The notes under the pieces: model-generated
Databases searched by the model: none
The model's input: only the letters and a program-made list of their open reading frames with translations
What the model was told of the DNA's origin: nothing
In this document: positions 27,216 to 39,740 of the stretch, piece by piece
How positions within the stretch are numbered: the stretch's first letter is position 1
Layout: each line of letters starts with the position of its first letter
Made by a program: the position numbers and the translations under genes
Assembly: GCA_038087875.1 (NCBI GenBank)
Contig: CM075993.1
Span: forward strand, 7,750,001-7,814,000
DNA from: Malacoraja senta
Taxonomy: Eukaryota
Length of the DNA stretch: 64,000 bases
Reading direction: 5' to 3'

Positions 27216-27699
27216 TACTGGTTTGTACCGAAGATACACAAACACCTGGAGTAACTTCGCGGGTCAGGCAGCACCTCTGGAGAAAAGGAACGCGGTGTCG
27301 GCGGTGACGGCGGTATTGCGGTGCAAAGATACTAGGTGCGGGGTGAGGAAGGGTCGGAGCGAAAGACGGGCTTCACACAGCGGCAGCAGCGGCCGCGACA
27401 GCGGCTCCATCTCCTCCTCCTCCCGCATCCGCCCGCCCTGATAACGGCCTCTGCTTGTAAATCCGCTAACGGCGATAACCGCTTTTGAAACAACCCTTCC
27501 CGCACTCCGAGGCGAAGCCCGTCATCGCTCTGACTCGTCTGAAGCAGCTGCACCAAAGATCTTATAGCTATAGGATCTCTGAGGCTGCACCGCCCCGGCC
27601 CCACACCTTGCTGTTGGCTGGCGGAGGAGGGAGGCGGTGGCGAGGAGTTCCCAACGGCCAAGGCAGCGGGGCGATGTTGTCCGAGGAGCGCTGACCTTC

Positions 27700-28215
27700 A
27701 TTCCTCCCCACCTCGACCCCCCTCTCCCTCTCTCTCTCTTGTACGCCCCCTCCACCCCTTATCCTGGGACCCCTCCACTCCATCCCGCACTGATCCCCAT
27801 TCCCCCCTCGATTCAGTCCTCACTGACATCCCCTGTGCTCCCCTCCCCATCTACCCCCCCCCCATCTATTCATCTGCGCTGATCACCCTATCCACCTCGC
27901 ACTGATTCTCCTGCCACCCCCCCCCCATCCATCCTACACTGGTTCCCCAATTCACCCTGTACTTACCCCTTTCCCATCCATCCTCCACTTCTCCTCCATC
28001 CATCCTGTACTGATCCCCATCCATCCTGTACTAATCCACGCATTCATCCCATACTGATCCACCCTCCATTTACCCTGCACCTTCCCCCCATCCCCTCATT
28101 CATCCTCTAGTGATCCCCCATTCATCCTGCACAGACCTCCGATCCACACTGTACTGACCCCCCCATTCATCCTGCGCTGATTTCCCCCCCATCCATCCTG
28201 TACTGATCCTCCCAT
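27700..28215. repeat. C-rich degenerate minisatellite (CCATCCATCCTGTACTGATC-like)
   Basis: Recurring CATCCTG(T/C)ACTGATC units. Confidence 0.7.
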
Positions 28216-28955
28216 TCAAGAAGAATGGGGGGAACCGTCTGAAGAAGGGTCTCGACCCGAAACGTTGCCTATTTCCTTCGCTCCATAGATGCTGCCTCAC
28301 CCGCTGAGTTTCTCCAGCACTTTTGTCTACCCCCATCCATCCGTACTGAACCCCCCATTCAACACCTCTGACATCGCCGGTGCTCTCCCCTCACAATTTT
28401 ACCTACTCCAACCAACACGTACTAATTCACCTGCCTCAATCCATCCATTCTGCACCGACTGCCTTCTAACCACCACTCCCCCCACCCCCGCCATCTATCC
28501 ACCCCGCACTGATTCACACACACACACCCCTCCTGACCCTATTGTGCTGGAAATGTCTTCAGAGAGAACTTTGACTATGTTTGATAACGGAATGTAATCA
28601 AATGTGTTTTAGTTCCCAATGTTATTATTTTGTTTTAATACATAAAGATGGATTAATTAAATTGTGAACACGTGAAACATTAAAACCGCAGTGTTCGATT
28701 GTCACTGCTGCCGTTGACACATTATTACAGAATTCATTTTAACGGCAAATCAATGCTATTAATATGGAGTATCAGTACTGTAGTTATTTAATGAGCAACA
28801 TTCACAACTATATGTACGCATATATGTTACCATGGTCCAGGATTTATTGACACATGTGATCATACGCTGAATAATCCAACCACATTGTTGTTTGGAAGTG
28901 GAAAAGAACTAATAGAAATTGCATTAATTGGCAACGTGTAAAAAGAGTTGAGATA

Positions 28956-29155
28956 NNNNNNNNNNNNNNNNNNNNNNNNNNNNNNNNNNNNNNNNNNNNN
29001 NNNNNNNNNNNNNNNNNNNNNNNNNNNNNNNNNNNNNNNNNNNNNNNNNNNNNNNNNNNNNNNNNNNNNNNNNNNNNNNNNNNNNNNNNNNNNNNNNNNN
29101 NNNNNNNNNNNNNNNNNNNNNNNNNNNNNNNNNNNNNNNNNNNNNNNNNNNNNNN
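28956..29155. other. Assembly gap, exactly 200 N
   Basis: Round-number N run; cuts a SINE at 29156. Confidence 0.97.
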
Positions 29156-30145
29156 CAATTTACAATTTTACCGAAGCCAATGAACGTACAAACCTGTACG
29201 TCTTTGGAGTATGAGAGGAAACCGGAGCATCCGGTGAAAACCCACGCGGTTATGGGGAGAACGTACAAACTCTGTAGAGACAGCACCCATAGTCAGGATC
29301 GAACCTGGGTCTCTGCGCTGTAAGGCAACAACTCTACCGCTGCGTACAAAATACCTGCATTCACAACAACTGCACTCCACAAGTATCGCATTAGCTAGCT
29401 GCACAGCATCTCGAGGAACCCTGAGATTGGGATAGACGCTGTTAAAATGCAAATTTTGCTCGATGACTAGAAGGCTCTGAATGGCTGGAAGGGCTCCGCC
29501 GGGGATTCAGGCAACCACAGGCTTCCGTAATGCGACAGGAGCGGTTTGCAGCGTTGAGCTGCAAGGGAAGTGGCCCTTTGCCAGCGGGCAGAGGCCGACA
29601 GCGACGGGCCCAGCTGACTACACGATGCTGCAAGCATTCTCTGCACAAGCCGTTGCTCCCCTGGGGCAACCCAGCACTGGCTTTGCACAGACAATCAGCG
29701 ACACTCTCCCCTCCCACCCCCATGGGGCTCGAGCTAGATACCCCCCCCCCCCTGTTTGGTTTGGGTAGTGAGGGTGGGGGGGGGGGGAAGCTTTAGTATT
29801 AGGTTTTATTACTGTCACACCAACCGAGGTACAACAAAAAGCTTTGTTTTGCTTGCTGTCCACTCAAATCAGATAATACTATATAATACTACGTTGAATC
29901 AAATCAAACAGGTACATTAGGTGGAATGAGGAGAAAGATTCAGTGCAGAATACAGGGCAAAAGAGAAATATACAGAAGGCAGAATAAAAGAAATAGAGAA
30001 CGCAGAAACATAACGCAGATTAAAAGGGAGATATATAAAAGGGATAGAAACAGAATGCAGAGGAAAAGCGATATATTGCAGAATTAAAGGGATTAAAGGT
30101 ACAGAACGCAAAATAGCGATGGGAAGGATAGATTTGGAGTGTATG

Positions 30146-30448
30146 AGAAGGAACTGCAGATGCTGGAAAATCGAAGGTAGACGAAAATGCTGGAGAAACT
30201 CAGCGGGTGCAGCAGCATCTATGGAGCGAAGGAAATAGGAAATAGGCAATAGGAAATAGGAAATAGGAAATAGGAAATAGGCAATAGGAAATAGGCAATA
30301 GGAAATAGACAATAGGAAATAGACAATAGGAAATAGGCAACGTTTCGGGCCGAAACCCTTGGGTTTCGGCCCGAAACGTTGCCTATTTCCTTCGCTCCAT
30401 AGATGCTGCTGCACCCGCTGAGTTTCTCCAGCATTTTTTTAGTCTACC
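30146..30448. mobile_element. Fold-back PLE-end element with internal (GGAAATA/GGCAATA)n expansion
   Basis: Inverted arms centred on GAAACCCTTGGGTTTC; 7-mer array 30231-30340; TSD TAGATTTGGAGTGTA/TAGATATGGAGTGTA. Confidence 0.85.
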
Positions 30449-30886
30449 TTAGATATGGAGTGTAAACTAGCGAAGGGATGGATAGCGAATGTCAGAACCA
30501 CAGAGGGCGGATGGACAACACATCTCCCACCCATCCCCCCCCTCCCTCCCTCCCTCCCTCTCCCTCTCTCCAACCGCGCTCCATCTTTGCTGCGATCTCC
30601 CGCAACCTCCACCACAAGCCTATTTCCGTTAATTTTGCAACCGCGGAACCCGGCCCCTCAGCGACGAACTCTGCATTTCAATTCAAAATGAGCATTTGGC
30701 AAAATGCAATAGGAATTCCACCCCAGCCGTGGTCCCCGAGCAGCCCTGACAGTTCTCTCCCGCTCTCTCTCTCTCTCTCTCTCCCCGCTCCCGCCCGCCC
30801 GCCCTTAAAGGAGCCGGCTCGCCCCTTCCATCGCCGTTATTATGGTTGGTATTTCTCCCCCCCCCCCCTCCCCCCTCCCTTGTTAC

Positions 30887-30993
30887 CGTTTGTAGTCGCT
30901 GGAGAAGATGCCGCCGCTGGCCGGGTCGTGCCCGTACTCGGGCTCTCCGAGGGACGAGCCCTTCTCGTCGTTGTACGCGGGCCCGGAGGACAT
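30887..30993 (-). CDS. AP3B2: AP-3 complex beta subunit (AP3B2-like), coding exon 1
   Basis: Manual translation: [35 protein letters not shown](R), matching the AP3B2 N-terminus (...[21 protein letters not shown]). Context agcaccATG; phase-2 donor CG|gtaaca; lies in a CpG island. This frame is not in the ORF track. Orthology to AP3B2 versus a paralog is unresolved. Confidence 0.93.
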
Positions 30994-31090
30994 GGTGCTG
31001 AAGAGACAGCGGCGGCGGCAACGGCCCGGCTCTCCTCACCCCCGCGCTGACGTCAGCGGGCAGTGACGTCACCCCACCACGTGGGGCACC
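30994..31090 (-). promoter_or_regulatory. AP3B2-like 5'UTR/CpG promoter with two perfect CRE palindromes
   Basis: TGACGTCA at 31048-31055 and 31064-31071, CACGTG at 31078-31083; CpG-rich ~30590-31110. Confidence 0.7.
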
Positions 31091-31635
31091 GTGACGCTAA
31101 CCTCGTCGCGTGGTTCGTCGTGATGTCACACCACCATGTGGTTCACCGTGATGTCACCAGATTACGTGGTTCACCGTGATGTCACCAGATCGCGTGGTTC
31201 ACCGTGATGTCACCCCCACCATGTGGTTCGCCGTGATGTCACCAGATCGCGTGGTTCACCGTGATGTCACCCCCACCATGTGGTTCGCCGTGATGTCACC
31301 AGATCGCGTGGTTCACTGTGATGTCACCAGATCACGTGGTTCACTGTGATCTCACCCCACCACGTGATTCACGGTGATGTCACCAGATCACGTGGTTCGC
31401 TGTGATGTCACCCCACCACATGATTCACGGTGATGTCACCAGATCATGTGGTTCGCTGTGATTTCACCCCACCATGTGGTTCACCGTGATGTCACCAGAT
31501 TGCGTGGTTCACTGTGATGTCACCCCAACACGTGGTACACCGTGATGTCATCGCATCGCGTGGTTCACCGTGATGTCATCCCACCACATGGTTCGCTGTG
31601 ATGTCATCCCAACGCATGGTTCACCGTGACGTTTA
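31063..31635. repeat. 28-bp minisatellite (~21 units) of CRE-like + E-box motifs
   Basis: Units such as GTGATGTCACCAGATCGCGTGGTTCACC and GTGATGTCACCCCCACCATGTGGTTCGCC recur every ~28 nt. Confidence 0.93.
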
Positions 31636-33515
31636 ACCATGTTTTACGAAAGATGTTGTCAAATTGGAAAAGAAGATTTACGAGGATGTTGCCAGCATAG
31701 GGAGAGGTTGAGTAGACTGGGACTCTATTCCCTGGAGCACAGGAGGATGAGGGGTGATCTTGTAGAGATGTATAAAATCATGAGAGGGATAGATCGGGTA
31801 GATACACAGAGTCTTTTGCCCTGAGTAGTGAAATCGTGGACCTTCGGACAGGTTTAAGGTGAGGGGAGAAAGATTTAATAGGAATCTGAGGTGCAACTTT
31901 TTTCACTCATAGGGTGGTGGGTGTATGGAACAAGCTGCCAGAGGAGGTAGTTGAGGCTGGGACTATCCCAACGTTTAAGAAACAGTTAGACAGGTACATG
32001 GATAGGACAGGTTTGGAGGGATATGGACCAAATGCAGGCAGGTGAGATGAGTGTAGATGGGATTCTACCGGGTTCGATGCTGATTCTACCGCTGCGCCAC
32101 CATGTTGCCCACGTATTGTCACATATGTTAACACGGTGAAATTATTTTCCTTACAAACAGTCTGGTAATCACAATACCCCCAATTCCCAATCAGCAAGTG
32201 TAAATGAATAATCTACTGAGCAGCATGCAGGAGGCACCATGTTTTGGCGCCATGTTCAAAGTTCACGCTCTAGTTCCAGGCTGTTGCAGGCCTCCAGTCA
32301 TCTCCTTCCTTGGGCGCCACGTCCCTCTCCTCGCCCGTCATTTGTTTCCCATGGTGCCACCTGCAGCCGACCACGAGGGTGCAGTAGGCCAGACCCTGGT
32401 TCCCTCTCCTCTCCCAACGGCCTCACTCCTTGCCTTGACGTCAGTGGCTCCATCTGCCCTGCTTTGTGAGGATGCGGGTGGCAGATGCTCCCTGGAGGTC
32501 GAAGCCTCACAGAGCATGGAAACAGGCCCTTCGGCCCATCCAGCCCCGATCTAGAATCTCCCACCCATTTTTACACTAATCCTATCCCAATCCTCTTTAT
32601 TAACCCCACATTTTGATTAATTGATTATCTTGCTACAACCATTGGATTCTTGAACCGACCTGCTCAACTCTAATCCTACCTCAGCCACGGAACATTACAG
32701 ACAGTCGGATGAAGGGTCTCAACCCGAAATGTGACCTGTTCCTTTTCTCCAGAGATGCTGCCTGACCCGCTGAGTTACTCCAGCATTTTGTGTCTACTAC
32801 AGAACATTACATCCCTTGCACGACCATGGACTGTTCTATGTTCTAGAACATAACACAGTACAGGAACAGGCCCTTAGTCATAGTGATACAGCGTGGGAAC
32901 AGGACTGTTTATGAATGATACACAGCAACACACACATAGTGAAGATCAATTTTTATTCCACAGGCAAACAGGAACATTCAAACAGCCAGCCATTCTCATC
33001 TAGCTCCGCTGGCTTGTGAGAGAGAGAGCGAATTAGCTGACCTTGCTAGTGTAAAGCTGTGTAGTACCGTAATACCATGTAAAGGGTGGCATGCACATAT
33101 GTGCAGTGGAGATTATAAATGGCATGAATTAATAAGGGTTAATCTACAAGGGCCTTCGGCCCAACTTGCCCAGATTGACCAACATGTCTCATCTGCACTA
33201 GTCCCACCTGCCTGCATTTGCCCAGATTGACCAACCTGTCCTATCCGTGTACCAGTCTAAACATTTATAAAATGTTGCGATAGAACACGCCTCATCTACC
33301 TCCTCCGGCAGCTCGTTCCATACACCCTCCACCCTTTTTTGTGAAAAACCATGTCCTTCTGCACACAATGTGCGTGCCGAACATGATGCCAAGTTAAACT
33401 AATCTCCTCTCCAAGCACGTGATGAATTCCCTTCCCATTTTAGGCCTGCTTCTCTAATTGCACTAATATCTTGTTCTTTTCCTCTTTTTTCTTTTCACTT
33501 ATTTTCTAAAATGTA

Positions 33516-34014
33516 GGTAAACAAAAATGCTGGAGAAACTCAGCGGGTGAGGCAGCATCTATGGAGCGAAGGAAATAGGCAACGTTTCGGGTCGAGACCC
33601 TTCGTCGGTATCTATAGTCCGGGTTGGGTCCGAACTGGGAGGTAGGGAACTGGAGCTGGAAACCATGAGGTACAAGATGAAGGCGCAGGCATGTCCCGAG
33701 AAAGCAAACGTGGCTGTCGTACCGGGTCTGGGTTAGGATGTGGTCGTAGAGTTGGAGGGAAGAGGGAATCACAGAGGGGGGGGGGGGGAGCAGTGAGAGA
33801 GGAGGTTGTTAAACTGTCTTTGGAGGGAGGAGGAGAACTTCTTCAAAATAGGCATACCTTGAGGAGATTTCACAGTGGAGTAGACAAAATGTTTAAGAAG
33901 GAACTGCAGATGCTGGAAAATCGAAGGTAGACAGAAATGCTGGAGAAACTCAGCGGGTGAGGCAGCATCTATGGAGCCAAGGAAATAGGCAACGTTTCCG
34001 GTCGAGACCCTTCT
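33516..34014 (-). mobile_element. PLE 5' ORF fragment between two direct terminal units
   Basis: Minus strand MPILKKFSSS...FLGTCLRLHLVPHGFQLQF between terminal units 33516-33604 and 33894-34014; TCTAAAATGTAGG duplicated at ~33505 and ~34032. Confidence 0.7.
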
Positions 34015-34222
34015 ATGTAAAATGTTCTACATCTAAAATGTAGGCATCATTTAAAAGGGGCAGCGCAAACATTCCGAGGACGGTGACGACTATTTGCCTC
34101 TCAGTGGCACGGATCACCTGCTGATTATGGGAGCATTCAGTGCACAAATCGGCTTCTGAATTTCCAATTCCAACACTGACTTCCAACTCACTCTTGCAGG
34201 AATATTTAGCCCTGGGTTCATC

Positions 34223-34526
34223 TTTAGTTTAGTTTAGTCTAGAGAAACAGCGCGTAAACAGGCCCTTCGGCTGTCCGAGTCCGCACCGACCAGCGGTCCC
34301 TGACACTAACACTACCCTACACAAACTAGGGACAATTTACATTCATACCAAGCCAATTAACCTGCACGTCTTTGGAGTGTGGGAGGAAACCAAAGATCTC
34401 GGGGGAAACCCATGCGGGTCAGGGGGAGCACGTACAAACTCCGTACAGACAGCACCTGTGGTCAGGATCGAACCCGGGTCTCTAGCGCTGTAAGGCAGCA
34501 ACTCTACCGCTGCGCCACCGTGCCGC
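34223..34526 (-). mobile_element. tRNA-derived SINE (HE1-like)
   Basis: Same family consensus with (TAAAC)n tail. Confidence 0.85.
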
Positions 34527-36834
34527 CTTTGCTGTCCTCTGGCAGCTCGTTCCATTTGCCCACCACCCTCTGTGAAAAAGTTGCCCCTCAGGTTCCTATG
34601 AAATCTTTCCCTCTCACCTTGTAGCTAATATTCCGTGTGTCTACCGTAGGATACGGGCCTGAGTCAAGAGGAGCTGGGCTGGGAGGCTGAACCTGCGATA
34701 CCACGTCCTTGCTTCCTTTCACTGAGGGGTTGCCAGCTCTTTATTTTGTTTGCAGATGATCGCCAGAGGGAAGAATGCGTCGGAGCTCTACCGCCGTGCC
34801 ACCGTGCCAAAGGTAGACACAAAATGTTGGAGTAACTCAGCGGGACAGGCAGCATTTCTGGATAGAAGGAATGGGTGACATTTCGAGTCGGGGCCCTTCT
34901 TCAGACCACCGTCCAGACTTTAGTGCCACCGTGCTGCCCTAGATGCGACACTTGAGTCAATATTGTGCTCATCTGTGTAAAACAACTAAGGTTATCGGGT
35001 ACAACCCTCATCAGTTTTTACCTGTGAGTTTAGTGGTTGATTGAATGCTCACTCCAGCTTTCTTTGAATTACGCCAAGGTCCTTTTTTTTGTATCAAAAC
35101 ACTCAACGTGCTGGAGCAACTCGGCAGGTCAGGCAGCATCTGTGGAGGGAATGGATGGACAACAATTCATTTTGGTACCTCTCTTCTATTCTATTCTATT
35201 CTATTCCAAGCAGAATATGAGGTGTTGTCCTTCCAATATGCGTTGGGACTCATCCTGTCAGTGGAGGAGGTTGAGGCAGGTGGGTGCTCGAATGGGAATG
35301 CGAGTTGATATTACTACAGTCTGAAGATTGATTTTTCTAATTTCAGGTAACCCAATCTCACCACCTTCTCTCCCCACTCCCAACAATCCAAAGGGTAAAA
35401 CAGGTTGTGTGATTGAATTTATCAGCAAAAACACAGAGAGCCCAGCAATGCCCCGGTTTGCCAGCAGGTGGGAGTAGAGTGGCAGAAACCGTGGGAAACA
35501 AGTGTACAAGAATTGAAATAGGAGCAAGTTCAAGGGCATTACAATCTGCTCCTAGTGTTAAGAACATTTATATTTTAAGGTGAGTCTCGTTGAGTCTCAT
35601 TGTCTGAAACTCGTTTTCACCTAGACCACATCTGACACTGGCCTGTTCCCTTTATCATCATATTTCTTGCATATCTTTCATTCATTTGTTCTACATCTCT
35701 CTATAATCACCGTCTATATCTCTTGTTTCCCTTTCCCCTGACTCTCAGTCTGAAGAAGGGTCTCGACCCGAAAAGACCGCTATTCCTTCTCTCCAGAGAT
35801 ACTGCCTGTCCCGCTGAGTTACTCCAGCTTTTTATGTCTAAGTTTAGCAAGGAGCAAGGTTGGAACAGCGGTGGTTTTTAGACAATAGACAATAGGTGCA
35901 GGAGCACTGCCATTCAATGTGATCATGGCTGATCAGTACCTGATCAGAACGGGGTACTGATCCCAATCAGTACCCTGTTCCTGCCTTCTCCCCATATCCC
36001 CTGACTCCGCTATTTTTAAGAGCCCTATCTAGCTCTCTCTTGAAAGCATCCAGAGAACCCGCCTCCGAGGCAGAGAATTCCACAGACTCACCACTCTCTG
36101 TGTGAAAAAGTGTTTCCTCGTCTCCATTCTAAATGGCTTACTCCTTATTCTTAAACTGTGGCCCCTGGTTCTGGACTCCCCTAACATCGGGAACATGTCT
36201 CCTGCCTCTAGCGTGTCCAAGCCCTTAACAATCTTATACATTTCAATGAGATTTAATTGAAAGTAGGAGCAAGTTCAAGGACATTATGGTCTGGTGTGAA
36301 GAACATTTATATTTTAAGGTGAGCTGAGCCCTGATTATGAATGGTGACGATCCTCCCACAGTGGGGTTCACAGAGGGATGGCAGGAGTTTGCTGCGGTGA
36401 TCGTGAAGGGACAATATTTGCCCTGGTCTGGGAGCTGTGGGGCCAGGGGAGGAACGTAGAGGTTCATGGCGTTCCCATGACACTGCTGCTCGCCGACATT
36501 TCCTGCTCTTGTGTCCATTTCCCGGCAAAGGACAACCTCCACCCATCCTCTCCCAGCCTCCTGGCTGTGTGCCACTGTGCAAGTGGGTCAGGAAACGAGA
36601 CCCCAGGTTTTAAACAAAGCACGGTGGCGCAGCGGTAGAGTTGCTGCCTTACAGCGCCAGAGACCCGGGTTCGATCCTGACCACGGCTGCTGTCTGTACG
36701 GAGTTTGTACGTACGTTCTCCCTGGTTTTCACCGGGTGCTCCCGTTTCCTCCCACATCCCAAAGACGTACAGGTTTGTAGGTTAATTGACACCAGGGACA
36801 ATTTACAGAGGCCAATTAACCTGCAAACCCAAAT

Positions 36835-37225
36835 TCATTCATCATCGTTGAAAACATGAGCGACGCAGTGGTGCTGGTTTCCGATGGGAACGGTGACGGA
36901 CGCACCACACATCTCTGTCCTCCAGTTCCTGCGGACATCCGCCGCTGGAAGTCCAGGATTTTGGTGTGTGTGTGTGCTTTATCATCATTCCTTACAATGC
37001 TATGTACGACAGTGATCGCAACTTCTACTGAAGTGTGGATGGCCGTTGGCTCGCTAGAAGCTCATCCGCCCTTTGACAGGTCTTGTTTTTGGTCCTGCTG
37101 GGGGTCCATAGCCCCCTCCTCACCTCGCAAACCAGGTGGGGGAGATGGTTTAGTCACCGACTATCCGACCATGGAGCAGGTAGCACGGGATTACATGGTA
37201 CCCATGGTGGGGGGAACTCCCCCCG
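36835..37225 (-). mobile_element. Unclassified short retroelement (RTE-like tail)
   Basis: Minus strand ends ...GATGATGAATGAA; structured GC-rich 5' part; no tRNA boxes recognised. Confidence 0.4.
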
Positions 37226-37683
37226 ACCTGATCCCAAAGATAGACACAAAATGCTGGAGTAACTCAGTGGGACAGGCAGCATCTCTGGAGAGAAGGAATG
37301 GGTGATGTTTCGGGTCGAGACCCTTCTTCAGACCTGCAAACACGCCCGGGTTTGTGATGTGGGAAGAAATCGGAGCATCTGGAAGAAACCCACATGGTCA
37401 CAGGGAGAACGAGCAAACTCCACACAAACAGCACCCAGGGTAGGGATTGAACCCGGGTCTCTGGCACTGTGAGGCAGCAAGACTCATTTTGAAGTGTGTT
37501 GGCGAGATGCTGTACTTATGGTAACTGGCAGAAAGTTGCATCCACCATTAATACCGGCTGCCCCCATGATAGGAACACTCGACTTATGGATACTCCTACA
37601 TATGAGCAATCTCACAGCATATTATATTATGTTCAAAATCTGACATATATAGAGACATAGAAAATAGGTGCAGGAGTTCGTTC

Positions 37684-38154
37684 NNNNNNNNNNNNNNNNN
37701 NNNNNNNNNNNNNNNNNNNNNNNNNNNNNNNNNNNNNNNNNNNNNNNNNNNNNNNNNNNNNNNNNNNNNNNNNNNNNNNNNNNNNNNNNNNNNNNNNNNN
37801 NNNNNNNNNNNNNNNNNNNNNNNNNNNNNNNNNNNNNNNNNNNNNNNNNNNNNNNNNNNNNNNNNNNNNNNNNNNNNNNNNNNNNNNNNNNNNNNNNNNN
37901 NNNNNNNNNNNNNNNTCTCNNNNNNNNNNNNNNNNNNNNNNNNNNNNNNNNNNNNNNNNNNNNNNNNNNNNNNNNNNNNNNNNNNNNNNNNNNNNNNNNN
38001 NNNNNNNNNNNNNNNNNNNNNNNNNNNNNNNNNNNNNNNNNNNNNNNNNNNNNNNNNNNNNNNNNNNNNNNNNNNNNNNNNNNNNNNNNNNNNNNNNNNN
38101 NNNNNNNNNNNNNNNNNNNNNNNNNNNNNNNNNNNNNNNNNNNNNNNNNNNNNN
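37684..38154. other. Assembly gap(s)
   Basis: N runs 37684-37915 and 37920-38154. Confidence 0.97.
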
Positions 38155-39740
38155 TCTCTAAACTCTCCTCCCTCTCTCCCCCCCTCTCTCTCTCTCTCTC
38201 TCTCTTTCCCTCCTTTAAGTAATTATACTTTATCAGTCTTATGTCCTCTCGATGCCATTCATTACAATCCTCTGGAGGTACAGTTACCGTATAGAAAGAT
38301 TCCTGTGTATTTTCCGACTTACCGACAAAATTGACAGGCGGATGGATGTCAGTAAAAATGGAGCCTGTTTGTTACCCAGCGCAGCTGGTATATGGAAATA
38401 TGCTAGAATCTTGAGCAGAACACCAGTGCTAGAGGGTCGGGCAGCATCTGCTGAGGGAATGGAAAGGTGATATTTTGGGGTTGGTATCTTCGATTGACAC
38501 TCGACATTTAACATGGGCAATGTGTGTGCAAAACACTGCTGCCAATATCACAAGGCATTAGTGATATGCAATTCATTAGATTATGGAACAGTCAGATGAA
38601 GGGTCTCGACCCGAAACGTCGCCAATTCCTTCTCTCCATTGATGCTTCCTCACCCGCTGAGTTTCTCCAGCATTTTTTGTCTACCTCCAGCATCTGCAGT
38701 TCTTCCTTAAAGATTATGGAACAGTGCACAACTTTACCTGGTCTGAGCGAGGATTCGAATATTAAAAGTCTTGCCCGTGACAGAGTGGGAAGTAGCAAAT
38801 GCAACATCAACAACCTCCATTAACAAAGTGCCGTTAAATAACAAACCACTCCAAGATGTCTGCCTGGAGCATTATCAAACAAGAAGGAGATTTCCATGTG
38901 AAAGAAGGAACTGCAGACGCTGGTTTAAACCGAAGATAGACACAAAAAGCTGGAGTAACTCAGCAGGTCAGACAGCATCTCTGGAGAACAGGAATGGGTG
39001 ACGTTCCAGGTCAAGACCCTTCTTCAGACTTAGAGATCTCGACCCGAAACGTCGCCTATTCCTTTTCACCAGAGATGCTGTCTGACCCGCTGAGTTATTC
39101 CAGCTTTTGGCGTCTATCTAAGAGATTTAATGGCATGGAATTCATTCCTAAATTACTTCTCATTCCTTCGCAAGAGTATTAGCTCAAGCCCATCTATAAT
39201 TCCAAGGGAAACAGTAGTTCCTTATACCTTATCCAGATGACGTCCTTTCATTGACTCGAAAAGACTATCGAAAAGATAAGAAGATTGTTCTTATCTCTTT
39301 TATAGCCTTGTGATAAATTCCCACGTCCAGAGCCAGCAGGAATATAAAATAAGCTGCAGACGCTGGAATCTGGAACAACAAATTGAACGCTGGAAGAACT
39401 CAACTAGTCAAACAGCATCCGTGGAGGGAAAAGGTACATTCGGGTTGCCCGGGTCTCTGGCACTCTACATAGAAACATAGAAAATAGGTGCAGAAGGAGG
39501 CCATTCGGCCCTTCGAGCTAGCACCGCCATTCATTGTGATCATGGCTGATCGTCACCTATCAATAACCCGTGCCTGCCTTCTCCCCATATCCCTTGACTC
39601 CACTAGCCCCTAGAGCTCTATCTAACTCTCTCTTAAATCCACCCAACCTGCGCCACCCTAGTTGGCTAGTAGAGCTGCTGCCTCACAGCGCCAGAGACCT
39701 GGGTTAGATGCTGGTTTGCCTTGTTTTTTCCTCCTGGTCT

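Noticed and set aside
31063-31635. CRISPR-like look of regularly spaced palindromic repeats
   Set aside because: No unique spacers, no cas genes, vertebrate context; it is a minisatellite.
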